This document shows positions 31,930 to 45,388 of a stretch of 64,000 nt of DNA, piece by piece. The stretch spans positions 1 to 64,000 of the forward strand of contig NOWV01000254.1 of the NCBI GenBank assembly GCA_003344405.1, in the 5' to 3' direction. The stretch's first letter is position 1. The number at the start of each line of letters is the position of its first letter. A program made the translations under genes and the position numbers. Origin of the DNA: Trichoplax sp. H2 (Eukaryota). Under the pieces are notes generated by a model. The model was not told the origin of the DNA and did no database searches. It saw only the letters and a program-made list of their open reading frames with translations.

Positions 31930-34900
31930 ATGGATAACGACAATCAAGAAATTCACGAATCCATCCTAGATGATACGACTGGTGTTCCTGATTTAATCTT
32001 ATTAGATGAAGTCAGCGACAATGCTATTTTATTCAATTTGCAACAGCGATATTACGATAATCAAATTTATGTAAGACGTATTGAATCGCTAGATTTTATT
32101 CTTTTGGATATCTTTAATAATTAAAGAGAATGATATTTGCTATAATTTCCTGTTTTATGATGCTATATGTAGCTGAAAATATCAATTTGACTATTCGATC
32201 AAATTTTAACTTATTCCATGCTATCGCCAATATGAATGTGGTCTTTGGATAAAGTTTATGAAATTATTAAATCATCGTCCTGACTTTGCTTTTATAGACA
32301 TATATTGGAAATGTAGTCATCTCCGTTAACCCATATCAGAAATTGCCAATTTATACATCCGAAACAATTCTCAACTATCGCGGCAAAAGTCTATACGAAC
32401 TTCAGCCTCACATGTAAGAAATTTAGGATACAAATTGATTAATCTACTTGTCAGCTAACACCAATTTAAAAGTCGCCCATTTTAAGTACAATATTTCTCG
32501 ACCAGTGCAATAATACAGCCTCTATTTATTCTGAGATACATAATCCAAATCAATACATATAACCTCTTTCTCTTATTTATAACGCACTTCAGTGTCTGCA
32601 TTATCAGTTTGTGAATATCACATGTTTTATTAGTTATGCTATAGCTGACAATGCTTATCGAGCACTGCGAGATCGAGACGAAGACCAATGTGTGATTATT
32701 AGTGGAGAAAGTGGTTCAGGCAAAACAGGTAACTATGTTAATTAACAAAAATTGACCATCACTATCGTAAAAGAATCGGAGAATTGATTCTGTGAATGAT
32801 GTACTATATAAGCAAGGATCGCTGATAAATTGGCGTAGACTAATCTCAGTATTCAATAACGTTAATAGAAGCATCCAAGGTAGTCATGCAGTACATTGCT
32901 GCAGTGTCAGGAAAAAGTAAAGATGTTGAATTAGTAAAAGAGCAACTACTTCAAACCAATCCTCTACTAGAAGGTAAGAAATATCGGCTAAGTAATGATA
33001 TAAATTGATAGTTAACGGAGCATATAGAGCATTATAATTATAATTACTTGCCTACGTATAATATTAACTATCAATTAGACCCTTTTCTGGTACAACTTTT
33101 TGAGCTAACTCAAGTACAATCTAAATAATTACTAATTAGTTTAGCAATTCTACATTCAAAGCTTGATAATCTAGTCGCATAATATACACGCTACGGTCAC
33201 TTACACGAGTCTATTTAAAATAATAGTAGCAAAATTTGATAGTCTACTGTGTATCCTGATAGATAGATGGGCTATTCACAGCATCTACATTGAAAAAGCT
33301 AATCAAGTTCATAAACAGAATCGATTATTCAGTTATAAATTGTTATACAGTTTCCAGATAGTAAATTAAACATTAAAATTAGTATGAGTATACTGCAGCC
33401 CTCGCTAAATTCCGCAAAGATCATGTACTTACAGTATTATGAAAAATTAGATATTGTCCATGTATCCTAAGTGAATTATACTCATCCACTACCAGTAACT
33501 AATTTAATTCTTATCAATGTTCTATATTAGATGCACTCGATTTGTTGTAATTGAATTGTACCTGTATACTACTAGTCATGAATTCAATTCTCATCTAATT
33601 TCTAATTTTACATTTAGCGTTTGGAAATGCTAAAACTCATCGAAACAACAACTCATCTCGCTTTGTAAGCATACGCTGTACTGCTATATTTATTTCTCAC
33701 ATGTTTTCGTACAGTTGACTAATAATACTTCATTACCTTAGGGAAAGTACATGGATATCGAATTCGACTTTAAAGGAGATCCTGTCGGAGGTGTTATTAC
33801 AAATTGTAAGTTTAGCTATAGGGCAGACTAGTTAGAATATTCTGGCTAGTCAAATCAATCCTAGATATTAGCGAAATTAATTATTATACTTTTCTTTGAC
33901 CTCTCGCTTCTACTACCATATGAAATGGAAAATACTATAAAGATCTTTTAGAGAAGGTAAGGAGATCATAATATGTAGGATTTTGAACTAAAGTAGTTAT
34001 TTTAATGATAAAATCTACTTAGTGTGGCTGTTTACTTCTCAACGATAATCTACATGCATATGAAAATACTAAATGTGAGCATTTTGATAGTCTCGTGTTG
34101 TATCTCAAGCTGATGGCGAGAGAAATTTTCATATTTTCTATCAATTACTGGTCGGAGCATCAGAACAAATTTTAGGTGCAGTAAAGTACTCTTTTATCCT
34201 TCCATACAATGTAGAAAGATATTTTTAAGCATACCTAAATTATACTTTTCATTAACAAATTAGATCATATTAAAATTATCTAAATTTTAAAAATTTCCAT
34301 TTCAGATGATTTATATCTAACGGACGATATACGAGATTACAACTACATAAATCCTTATTCAGTAGCAACAGAAATTGACGAAAATGATTTTACGGAGACT
34401 CTAGTGAGTTGATTGTTTATAGCTGTAAAGCTGTAGTAATCCCACATGAAGCAGTTGCTGTTCTGAGATCCTGAAATGACACTGCACTAACTGCTACGAT
34501 CAATCTTTGCATTATAGCAAGCTATGGAAATAGTTGGCTTTCAATCAATTGAGGTCAAATATGTACTGCAACTTCTTGCAGCAATACTTCATATTGGAAA
34601 TCTTCAGTTGAGTGAAAAGGAAGATGAGAGTGGAAATGAATTCTGTGAAATTAATTTAAATCGAGGTAGGAATATATTAGCAATTCTCAAATACGTTTAA
34701 TATAATTACAAAAAAACTACAGACAACCCCTATATTACTACGTAGTCGAATATATTATAACTCAACTTGATTTAATAAATAAATAATTATTATAAACGAT
34801 TATAAATTCCAATAGTTTTTTCTCATTTATTTCTACTGTATTTACTTTGTAGATCTACAAATTGTCTCAAAGTTAACAAACTGTAAAATTAGCCAATTCC

Positions 34901-37900
34901 AATATGCTATCACTCAAAAGCTTGTAGAAACAAAATATGAACAAGTAACAACGTCATTAACAATTGCACAAGTTAGTAGCAAAGATTTTTTTACCTGTAC
35001 ATTATTAGATTGTCTTACTTATTATAAACGACTCAATGCCATTTTCTATCGTACAGGCACGGTATGCTCGAGATGCGCTTGCTAAAGCCATTTACAGTCG
35101 TTTATTCTCATGGATTGTAGATAAAGTTAATGAATCACTGACGGTATGCCATGTGCTAGTTTTCAATATCATATTTTTTCATAACTACGATTTATACTCA
35201 ATATCATCAGTAGGGAATCGTACAACAGTTTATACGATATAAAAGAAAGATTATGATCGTTGTTACAGGTAAAAGAAACAGCAACGAGGAAAGTAATGGG
35301 AGTTCTTGATATTTATGGATTCGAAATATTTCAAGTTGGCAAAATTCTTTGTTATTTAATAGTTTACGCATTTAATCCAGTCAAAGCAAGTTAATATCTA
35401 ATAATCTTGACTCAATTTTACCCCACGTAGAATAATTCATTTGAACAATTTATCATCAATTATTGCAACGAGAAACTACAACAAATTTTTATTGAAATGA
35501 CATTAAAATTAGAACAAGAAGAATACGTAAATGAGGTAAGAATATATCAATACGTAACCTTACTATTGCTCAATAAGTTAATACTACGATCAAGCCTTTA
35601 TCGTAATTTACTATAAATGTATTTTACTTACCTAGGGCATGCCATGGACCCATATCGATTATTTTAACAATAAAATCATTTGTGATTTAATAGAAAAGGT
35701 AGAAAAACATCATGTGTATTACAGTACAGTATTAAATTCTTGAAGATTAAAATATTTTAGTTGTTTATTTATGAGGAATAAATAAAGTTAACTAACACAT
35801 TAATATACGTATATTTCATTTTATTTCAACAGAATAATGGAATTTTATCAATGTTGGACGAAGAATGTATTAGACCTGGGAAGGTAAGAAAATTGTAATA
35901 GTACAAATAGTAATAATTAATGGGCTACTTTATTTACCTTATTTATAATAATTTGTCGTGAACGCTAAAAAAGTTGAAATTACCCTGCTAGTATTAAATG
36001 TCTTACTTGCGTAATGTCAAATATGATCCCATAAATTGATAGTTACCTGTAGCAAGACCAACATTATCCGTACTAAGGCTTAAGATTCACCCTGTATCAA
36101 TACATATATTAAAAATGAAAATATTGCATTTATTGGTTCAGAAAGTAATGCGAAGGTGACTGGTTATTGCTATACGTATTATTTAAAAGAATTTTATAAT
36201 ATAATATAATATAGGTTAGCGATAAGACGTTTCTTGACAAGTTAAATAACCGATGTAGTAAACATCCTCATTATCAAAGTAAATCGATGAAAGAGTTTTC
36301 TCGTGATTCGACTCTCGATCGAGAATCATTCCGCTTAGTCCATTATGCAGGAAATGTAAGTTTGACTATTCTAATTGCAGCAAAATAGTTAACATATGTG
36401 TGCAGCATTGACTTAAGAAGAGAACTAGAGCCAAGTGGTCTTAACCTTTTCATTTTTTGATTAGGTAACTTACAATGTTAACGGTTTCATCGATAAAAAC
36501 AATGATAATCTACATCGCAATATTTCTCAAGCGATGTATACGAGTGGAAATCCGTTACTGCAATTTCTCTTTATTGAGGGTAATCCAAAATTAGCCTCTC
36601 GTAAAAGACCACCAACATCGGGTTCTCAATTTAAGGTTTATAATAGATATTAAAAGATAATATACTTTCTTTCTATTTTGTAGATTTAAATATACGATGA
36701 ATTCGCCTACAATTTTTTCTTTCTACTAACGTGTCATTGCCGCATAGAAATCGGTTGCACAATTAATGGTCAATCTTCTGGCTAAAACTCCTAACTATAT
36801 TCGATGTATAAAGGTATTAAATACATACTGTATATATCGTATAATAATAAGTGCAATATTATTATAGTATTTCAAATTTATCTCTAAAATATCGGAAGAA
36901 ATCTTAAACACTATCTGCTATTTTATATTAATAGCCTAATGATAAGCAAATTCCGGAAGATTTCGATATTTCTATTGTTCGCCATCAGATCCAATATCTC
37001 GGGTAATTTTGACTTTAAATATGTCAATAATAAATCAATGTGTGATCAAGTTGCAATATAATGAAATTTCTTAATAAATAAATCTTTAGCTTACTAGAGA
37101 ATATACGAGTTCGTCGTGCTGGATATGCTTTCCGACAAACCTATGCCAAAATTTTATACCGGTATACAAGAACAACTGAACATATCACAATATATTTGTC
37201 ACATTGAAGTATATGTATATATATATACTCGTAAGATATTCGATTAAGGCAATGGTTGAAATACTTATTCGTATATTGCTATGGAATAACCAGAAATTTG
37301 ATTTTAATTATTTGGCTAATTAGATATAAGATGTTGTCGATGGCTACTTGGCCAAGATGGGAAGGTGATACTAAAGCTGGAGTGCAAGAGATGATTGAAG
37401 TAAGAATTACTAAATAATAGGATTGTCTGGGTTCTACAGCTTTAACTAAAGCCAAAGTTATAGATTTACTTTATGCCTTAGTCGAGTTTTAAAAGCCCAA
37501 AATCGCTATCAAAAACAAAATTTCTAAGTAACCTGCAACTTATAGTATCAATTTAAAATTAAACTTCTACAGTAGCTCATAATTAACTTCAGTTATCAAT
37601 TACAACAATTTTAAAATCAGAATCGTCATAAGAATTTATGCTATTAAATACAGTATCAAAAGATTAAAATTTAGTATCGCTTCGATGATTCAGTGAGGTA
37701 TACAATCGATTAGAGAAACACAAAGGTAGAATGAATATCATAATAACCAATCTTCTATTATAATAATACTTCTTCTTATAGTCATTACCTATTGAACCAA
37801 ATGAATACGCTTATGGTAAGACGAAATTATTCATTCGAAATCCACGAACAGTAAGTAATGGCTCCTAAAATACCGTATATTATTTAAGTATTTTACCCAA

Positions 37901-40900
37901 ATTTATACTAAACAGAAATATTCATGAATTATTGTTAGATAATTAATTACCGTAATATTCTTTAGAACTTGAGGATAAAATATGTTAAGTTAAATATTGA
38001 TGTATTGAAAGCCTTATTGGATTTTTTAAAACAGTTGTTTAATATGGAAGAATGGAGACGAATGCGATTGTATGATTTAGCGACAGAAATTCAAGCAAAA
38101 TTTAGAGGTTTCTATCTGAGAAAATGGGTTAGTTTATGAAAAATCTTTTCAGTATGACTGCTAATTACTATGGAATGTAAACTCAGGAGAACAATATCCG
38201 ATTATGCCATACTTAATATTGAAATACTATTATAAAGCACGTCGAGGTTTTAATTGTCAAATGCAATTGCTTTTAATTTATAGTATTTAAGATTACGTCG
38301 TAGTCAAATTTCCATTTCAGCGAATTGGCGATGCTATCGTGTAAGTTATGCAAATGGTTTTCTGAGATTGTTTAAATTATTCTATCCTGTACCTGTATGC
38401 TAATTAACTATCTCTTTTAATTTTGCGATTGGCTTGGCTAAATGTGAACATGCATAGGAACGAGCAAGTTTCCTAAGTGTTCGTTTCGCCTCCATTGCGG
38501 TTCAGCGATTCTGTCGCGGGTGGAAGGTAGTAATGTTGATCGATTGCAAAATAAGCTATATGACTTTTTGCAAGATATGTAGTACAGTAGTTATTTGCGA
38601 GCTTGAATTCCGACTAGATTATCGTTAACTTGAAACACCTGTTGTATTTGATTCTGCCATTATCATCTAGGCGAGAAAACTGTTTAAAGCAATGTTATAC
38701 GAGAAGAAATGTACATGGGCTCAAGGGATAATCACCAAGTTCTTTTATGGATGGAAAGTATGTCATTATTTTTTGTTGAAAATGTCATCAGTAAATATAT
38801 GCTATAGGTGGCGTAAGTAATTTTTTCTTTCGATAATATTGTTACTACCAGGCTAGAAAGCTATACCGCAAATTGAAATATGAGAAGCAATGTACTATAG
38901 CACAAGGAGTCATTAGGAGATTTTATTTTGGCTGGAAAGTAAGTTGTGTTAAAACTGCTGAACAACATAACCATCGTTTGCAGTTATACTGTTTTATCCG
39001 TTTATTAACTCCGATCTGTTCACCTGCTGTATTTTTCCAATTTCGTTTGCATTCCTCTCTAAAATCTTAAATCATATAGCAAATTTTATAATTTAAAGAG
39101 TTCATTACTTAAAATGTCTAGTTTCTTTCGCAACATTGCTCTTAAAACCTGTATAGTATCTTATCTCTGTATTATTTGATGTTAGTGAATTACAAATTTA
39201 TTAGTCAGTAGAACTAGCTATTACAGGTCATTTACTGTCTTTAAAGAGGATATTTGCTAGCTCAAGTTCGAATATTTAAACCAACAGCTATTTTTTTACT
39301 TCATAGGCAAGAAAGTTGGCTCGACTGTTACGCGAAGAAAAACGTCGTAAACTGGCTGTCAATGTCATTCGAACTTTTTTCTTCGGCTGGCAGGTACCTT
39401 AGTAAATGCTTGAGTTAAAAGAAGGGAGATAGATATTTCTCGTTTCGATCTGTTTATGTTTTCAGTAAGAGATTCATTACAGTATTTTTACTAACGTAGA
39501 CAACTCACTGTCAGTACTTTTATTTTTTAATCCAGAATATAAATATTTATGATGATAATTTATAACCCATAAATCTAACTCGTTCTGTTAAAATTGTAGG
39601 CTAGAAAGCTTGCTCGTAAACTACGAGAAGAAAAACGTCGTAATTTGGCAGCTAATGTGATTCGAACTTTTTTCTTTGGTTGGCAGGTTAAGAGTTGTTT
39701 CAGAAAACATTTTTATACAAGGAATTATATACCATATTTAGTCTCTTTATATATTAATGTCGATTTAGGCCAGAAAACTTGTTCGAGCTTTAAGACTTGA
39801 AAGAAAACGCAACAATGCCTCAACAACTATTCGTGCATATTATATAGGCTGGCAGGTGAAAATTTATTAGTGGCTTGTCAAAATATCGATTTTTTAAATG
39901 TTTACTTTAAATGAATGCTTAACCTAGTAATTTAGAAAAACGATAAGGCTAACAGTAACTTAAATCTGGATATTTCTAGATTCGAAAGAAATATCGTAAA
40001 AAATTTCCTTCTATTGCTGGGCCCAAAGTATACCGATTTTTGCGCCAAAGCTTGGTAAAATAATACTTTCACTTCATTACGATATCGGCACACAAAGACT
40101 ACGATATTGAACTAAAGAGATTATATCCTCTAATATTATCTTATTACCAACTTACCAACTAGAATTATCGATTTTTGAAAGCTGTTATTGATGAGTTACC
40201 ATCGGAATCGCCTATAGAGAAAAATTGGCCGTCTTGCGGTCCTATGTTTGAAGAAATTTCTGATCAATTAAGGGAAATGCATCATGTTTGGCGAGTAAGT
40301 GATCCTTTAGCCTTGTTTAGGTTATTGCTAATTACTGCATAATTCACGGTATACATTATATTATTACCTTTTGAATCGATTAGTGTGCTCGATTTCGCCG
40401 TCGTTTATCTCCAGAACAGCGCGAAATCTACTCGGAAAAACTATTAGCTAGCCAACTCTTCAATAATAAAAAGGAATACTATTCCCAAACGTAAGTACTA
40501 CCAATGTCAATGATTACTCATCAATGCATCCATTTTTGTATTACTGTGTAAATTATCTACCTTTGGCAATTAGAATTGTTGTAGTTAGCTGTAAAATTAA
40601 AATATATAGTTTACTTCTTATACAACTAATATTCGGTTTGAATATAGTGTTGGGGTACCATTCCGTGGTGATTATTGCGGATTAGGCAAGCATCCACTGT
40701 GGAAGACGATTACGAAAGGATATGATAAAGATAAAGAAGTTCATTGGGCTGATACTGTTATTAAATTACATCGTGCTAATGGAAAGGTGAGAGAATCAAC
40801 TTAACTAATACTGTTTAATTAAAATGGGAGGCGAGTTTAACATTATATTGCTGATTGCATTGCTAAACTAGTTCCATTTCAATTCCGAAATCAGTTGCTA

Positions 40901-41926
40901 TACCGTATACGCGTAGATCAGAAAGAACGGAAATAATTGTTCATGTCGTGCTAAGATCCACAATAAAGAGTTTGCTGTAGCAAATGTTGTGTTGTTCAGC
41001 TCAATTACGAATAGAGTTTTGCTAATTTACTGTAATAATCGAGCAATTAAAGTGGACTAAGTCATCAAATAAAAGCTATGTACTAAATATTAATGCTTTT
41101 TGATACTGCAGTACATTGATGTACTCGTAGAACGCTATTAAAGTCAATCCGCGAATTAAGTATTCGATAATTTTCTTAGGAGATAGAATAAATTTAACCT
41201 TTTGTACTTTGAGTTTCATGAAAAGAGAATCTCTTCATCATGGAAAGCTATCATTTTATTTTAAGATTGCCTCTTCAAGACTATTCAATGAAGGCAACCG
41301 ATTCTAATCTATAATCTCCTTTTGAATTACTTTTTGCAGGGTGTACCGAGAATTTTAGCTGTTACTGGTGCTGCTATAATAATATTAGATTCTAAAACAC
41401 TGAGCTTAAAATATCGTATTCCACTTCACGAATTAGCTACATTATTATTTAGTCCTCATAACGATACAGTTTGCGTTATTCAATGTAGAATGGTAAGAAA
41501 ACTGATGATCAATCATTTTACAGCATTAATTTGAGAAATAGAAAATTTTTAATTGGCATCATTTCCGTATGATTTATGTTGTACAGGATAAAACATTGCC
41601 TCATCTGAAGAAAGGGGATTTCTTAATTCAAACTCATCATGTTATCGAATTAGCAACAAAGATAGTACTTGTATTGAAAGATCTCAGCATATCCAATGAC
41701 GAACCTGTCGTTAAAATTGCAAAGAAGTAAGCTTTTGTAATCGTTCTAGCTTAAATTTAAACTGTATATTGACAATTTGATCTGATTTATAATTTGGCTG
41801 GTATTTCGTAGATTTCCAATCAATTATCATGGTAAATGTTTACATGCATCATTTATCAAAGCGGAACAAACTCTTATTGACGCTGTGACCAAAAAAAAGC
41901 GTTCTCAATTTGAAATCTATGTCTAA
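31930..41926 (+). CDS. MYO1B: Unconventional class I myosin (MYO1A/B-like) with 8 IQ-like motifs and TH1 tail, multi-exon
   Basis: [14 protein letters not shown]-loop [98 protein letters not shown] neck, then [12 protein letters not shown] and TH1 (PFRGDY, KRGDFLI); TAA 41924-41926. The A/B subclass is assigned from the 29-aa IQ repeats and the post-IQ sequence. Confidence 0.9.
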
Positions 41927-43558
41927 ATTTTTCTATTCTATTGCAACGACTGGGTTATAATTGGATGTATGAAAACAATTTTCGATTGAAGTCGTAGGCT
42001 AGCTGCATCTCGTTGCGACTAGAGAGCGTAGATAAATTGACTGCAATGACATTGTATTTGTGAAGTATTTACCCTATGCCATTTATTGGATCACTCTGTG
42101 TTTGTTAATTATAACTATTTGCAAAGAACTGATAATAAAATGATCACTATTCAATCCTATAGGCTTTCTACAGTTCCTAAAGTTCATTTCAAGAGATTGT
42201 TGTAAGATTAGCTCCTGTACGACCATCATGATTTACTAGTAATTTATTTCTTCTTCCAATAACGCTACTTATTTGAAGTTGTGTCTGCCACAATTTTTAG
42301 GCATAGCGTTCAAGTTTTGGACTTGAATATTCCTTCATTTTCTTACTACAGTATTTACTGTTGCAATATTTTAGTTGTTCATCAACCCTGTGAGCGGTTA
42401 CTTACTAGCACGTTGACGTTTTTCTCTTCATGCTAATTTGACACTCAATTAACTATAATTGGTTTAGTTCAAAATAGATAATGTCGTCTTATTATTCAAG
42501 TTGTAGCCCTTAATACGGCCCATTTGAAGGAGATCAATCTCTCCCGTCAGATTGAATATTTTCTATGGATAGCCTACTTTACCAGCCGATAAATAAATGA
42601 TAATCGTGGATTCATTTTTTTGTCCTACTCTATTTTACAAGTTAACCGATTTTATTGACATGATTGCAAACAAGATATATTAATAATGTGATAGGACTAC
42701 AATATATAACAATGAATATCTGCGTCGATAGTGGGCAATCTGTCATGAATTCTTATATATCTTGAAATGAAGTTATACTTCCGTCGATACGCAAACATAT
42801 CCCAATAACAAGGAAGATTGTAGTATCAAAAGCATTTGATTTTACACCATCCAATTGATATACACGGATTTTTTGGCGTTCCAATGATGGCCGAAATGTG
42901 GATTGGTTGCTGTCAGTGTATATCTTGAATCGATGTCAACCATAGAATAGGCTAATAGATAGGAAGTTTATTAGCAGCAGGATATAATGTTGCATAACGG
43001 AAAGTAAAGTGTAATCATTGCTTTGTGCCTTTCCTATACAAGAATTAAGTCTATGCGAGGTTACAATTGCTATCATGAAAAAAGCCATGCCATTGCCCAT
43101 TCGCTTGAGTACCACCCTATCAACGTGATTATTGTAAAAGATTGGAATATAGCCCCATCGGACCTACATCTGTTGGTAATAAATATTTGTCTTAACTTGT
43201 TGATGCCATTGAAAGCCTTGTCAATTTGGCATGTATCAAGTCAATCATCAAACAATTTACTCATTTTAGTATTGATTGTAGCATGGATAATACAAGCATG
43301 TAGTATAAAATTTGAAAAGCCTACGATGATATTACAGTGTACAGATAGATTATAGGTATTCCATTTTCAACATTGTCATGGATAAAGTACAGGGAAGAAA
43401 GGTTGATGAAGAGGCCAAAAAAACATTAGTAAACGATACAGTATAGAAAAGATATGATCATTGTACATGACAGTCTAAGTTACAGTATTGACAAGATAGA
43501 AAGCGCATGATTGATTCCATCAGCGCGTTTGGAAGTCCTCTGCAAAAAGGTCTATCCA

Positions 43559-43953
43559 TTACTGACCACCTGTCTTGTGACCATGTTTCTCAAGTTCGGC
43601 TCTACGCCATGATAATAAAAGCATCATGCATTTAAGACATTTCAACATCATTGTAGCCATCCTGAAGTTATTGATGTAGTTGACTTACCGTAACTGATTG
43701 GAAAAATCATCTTCAATGTTGTCATCATCCCAACTATCTTCCCAGACATGTTCATCCTCTTCATCTTCATCATTTTCATCCCATTCTACCAGCAAATAGA
43801 ATCCAAATTAATGTGACTGCTGTCAATGCTATCATGTCCATAACCTAACACATGCACCACTATTTATTGCAAACCTTCAGCGGGAAATTCTTCAAATTCA
43901 TCATCTTCTTCAAGTAATCCTAAATCAGGTTTTTTCTGCTCGGTAGCTGCCAT
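43559..43953 (-). CDS. SEM1: 26S proteasome lid subunit SEM1/DSS1 (3 exons)
   Basis: [72 protein letters not shown], with GT-AG introns and both diagnostic acidic DSS1 motifs. Confidence 0.96.
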
Positions 43954-44065
43954 GTTGACTAACGAATACAGAGGAATGGAGGAAAGTGGAAGGTAGTGGA
44001 AGTCAACGAGCCAGTGGCCAACGATTCCTTTTGTGCGCTCAATCCACGTTGAAAACGATAGCGCT

Positions 44066-45190
44066 TACAGTACTGTCGACTTGAGTGTATTGTATTACCG
44101 TCGGATGGATCAATTGCTGCATCATCACGCTCCTGGTCCATCCACTATCCATCCACCACCTACAGTGCAAGACTGGTCAAGCTACAGTACAGTACTGTCG
44201 TGATCGGGTACTGTGTACTGTACAGTACAGTACAGTACGCTAGTGGCCACAGTACTGCACTGTAGAGATGAATCTTGACACTGTAGTCGGACGGACTCCC
44301 AAATGATACTGTTGCAATACTACTGTACTGTACAGTACTGTACATTGAGTGTACAAGTGTACAGTACAGTACAAGAGTAGCAAAGACTACAGTACTGTAA
44401 TTTTCTGCTACTGTGTACTGTACTGTACTGTGTTATACTGTACTGTACCCTATACTGTACTGTAGACTGTAGAGTACAGAGGTAAGAAAAAACCTCTACA
44501 GTACAGTACTGTATGAAGAAAAGTTTTCTGTACTGTATGATCTTCACATTTGCCAGGTGAAAGTTGCTACAGATTACTTTTGAGCAGACACAGAACTGTA
44601 CAGTATTCTGTAGCCGTGAGTCGTTACTTGATTAGTGTAGTACATGTACAGTACAGTAGAGTACAGAGGTAAGAAAAAACCTCTACAGTACAGTACAGTA
44701 CTGTATAAAGAAAAGTTTTCTGTATGATCTTCACATTTGCCAGGTGAAAGTTGCTACGGATTGCTTTTGAGCAGACGCAGTACTGTACAGTATTTAGTAG
44801 CCGTGAGTCGTTACTTGATTAGTGTACAGTACTGTACTGTAGGGCATGCAGTACTGTACCACAAACACTACAGTGCACACTGTACAGTACATTGTACACA
44901 GTACTGGACTGGACTGGAACAAGATCAGTTGTCAGCCTTCAAACTTTCCACTGTGTCCTTGGGGAGTCCATCCGACTACAGTGCAAAGACTCATCTCTAC
45001 AGTACAGTACTGTATCACAAGCTATAGGCCAAAGGAGATTGGTAGAATGAGACCATAGTAAGTCTTGGAAATTCAACTGTGCCACCAACATGCTACCATA
45101 ATGGTCAGTAGGCGAAACTACAGTACACTGAGTACAGTGTAGAGTCGCGCTTGGTCAGGTGACTCATCTCACCTACGGTACTGCAAAGGA
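44066..45190. repeat. TACAG/TACTG-rich tract with internal inverted and direct repeats in the SEM1-MANBA divergent promoter
   Basis: Dense (TACAG)n/(TACTG)n; 63-bp inverted arms at 44249-44311 and 44951-45013; 171-bp direct copies at 44469-44639 and 44656-44826. Confidence 0.9.
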
Positions 45191-45388
45191 GCTTTGGTCT
45201 TGTTATTGGACAGCGAATGATATTATTATCAATTGATTATTTGGATGCAGCTACTGGATCCAGGCATGCTAGAAAAGATTCCATCATCAATTCAACATTA
45301 TTCATCTCTATCCTGGACATTCTGGCAGTCGCCATTGGATAGTCGTTGTACTTTGCATTAACGATAGCGACTCTACTCAGGGTATCTC

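Noticed and set aside
34912..35085. Myosin TEDS regulatory site
   Set aside because: Glu lies 16 residues before DALAK, the ordinary animal state.
42240..43400. Exon-like stretches and a 110-aa ORF between the myosin and SEM1
   Set aside because: No consistent reading frame or recognisable homology on either strand; could be UTR or non-coding.
44160..45058. Paired ORFs sharing GSPSDYS.K.HLYS
   Set aside because: They are the two arms of the DNA inverted repeat read on opposite strands, not paralogous proteins.
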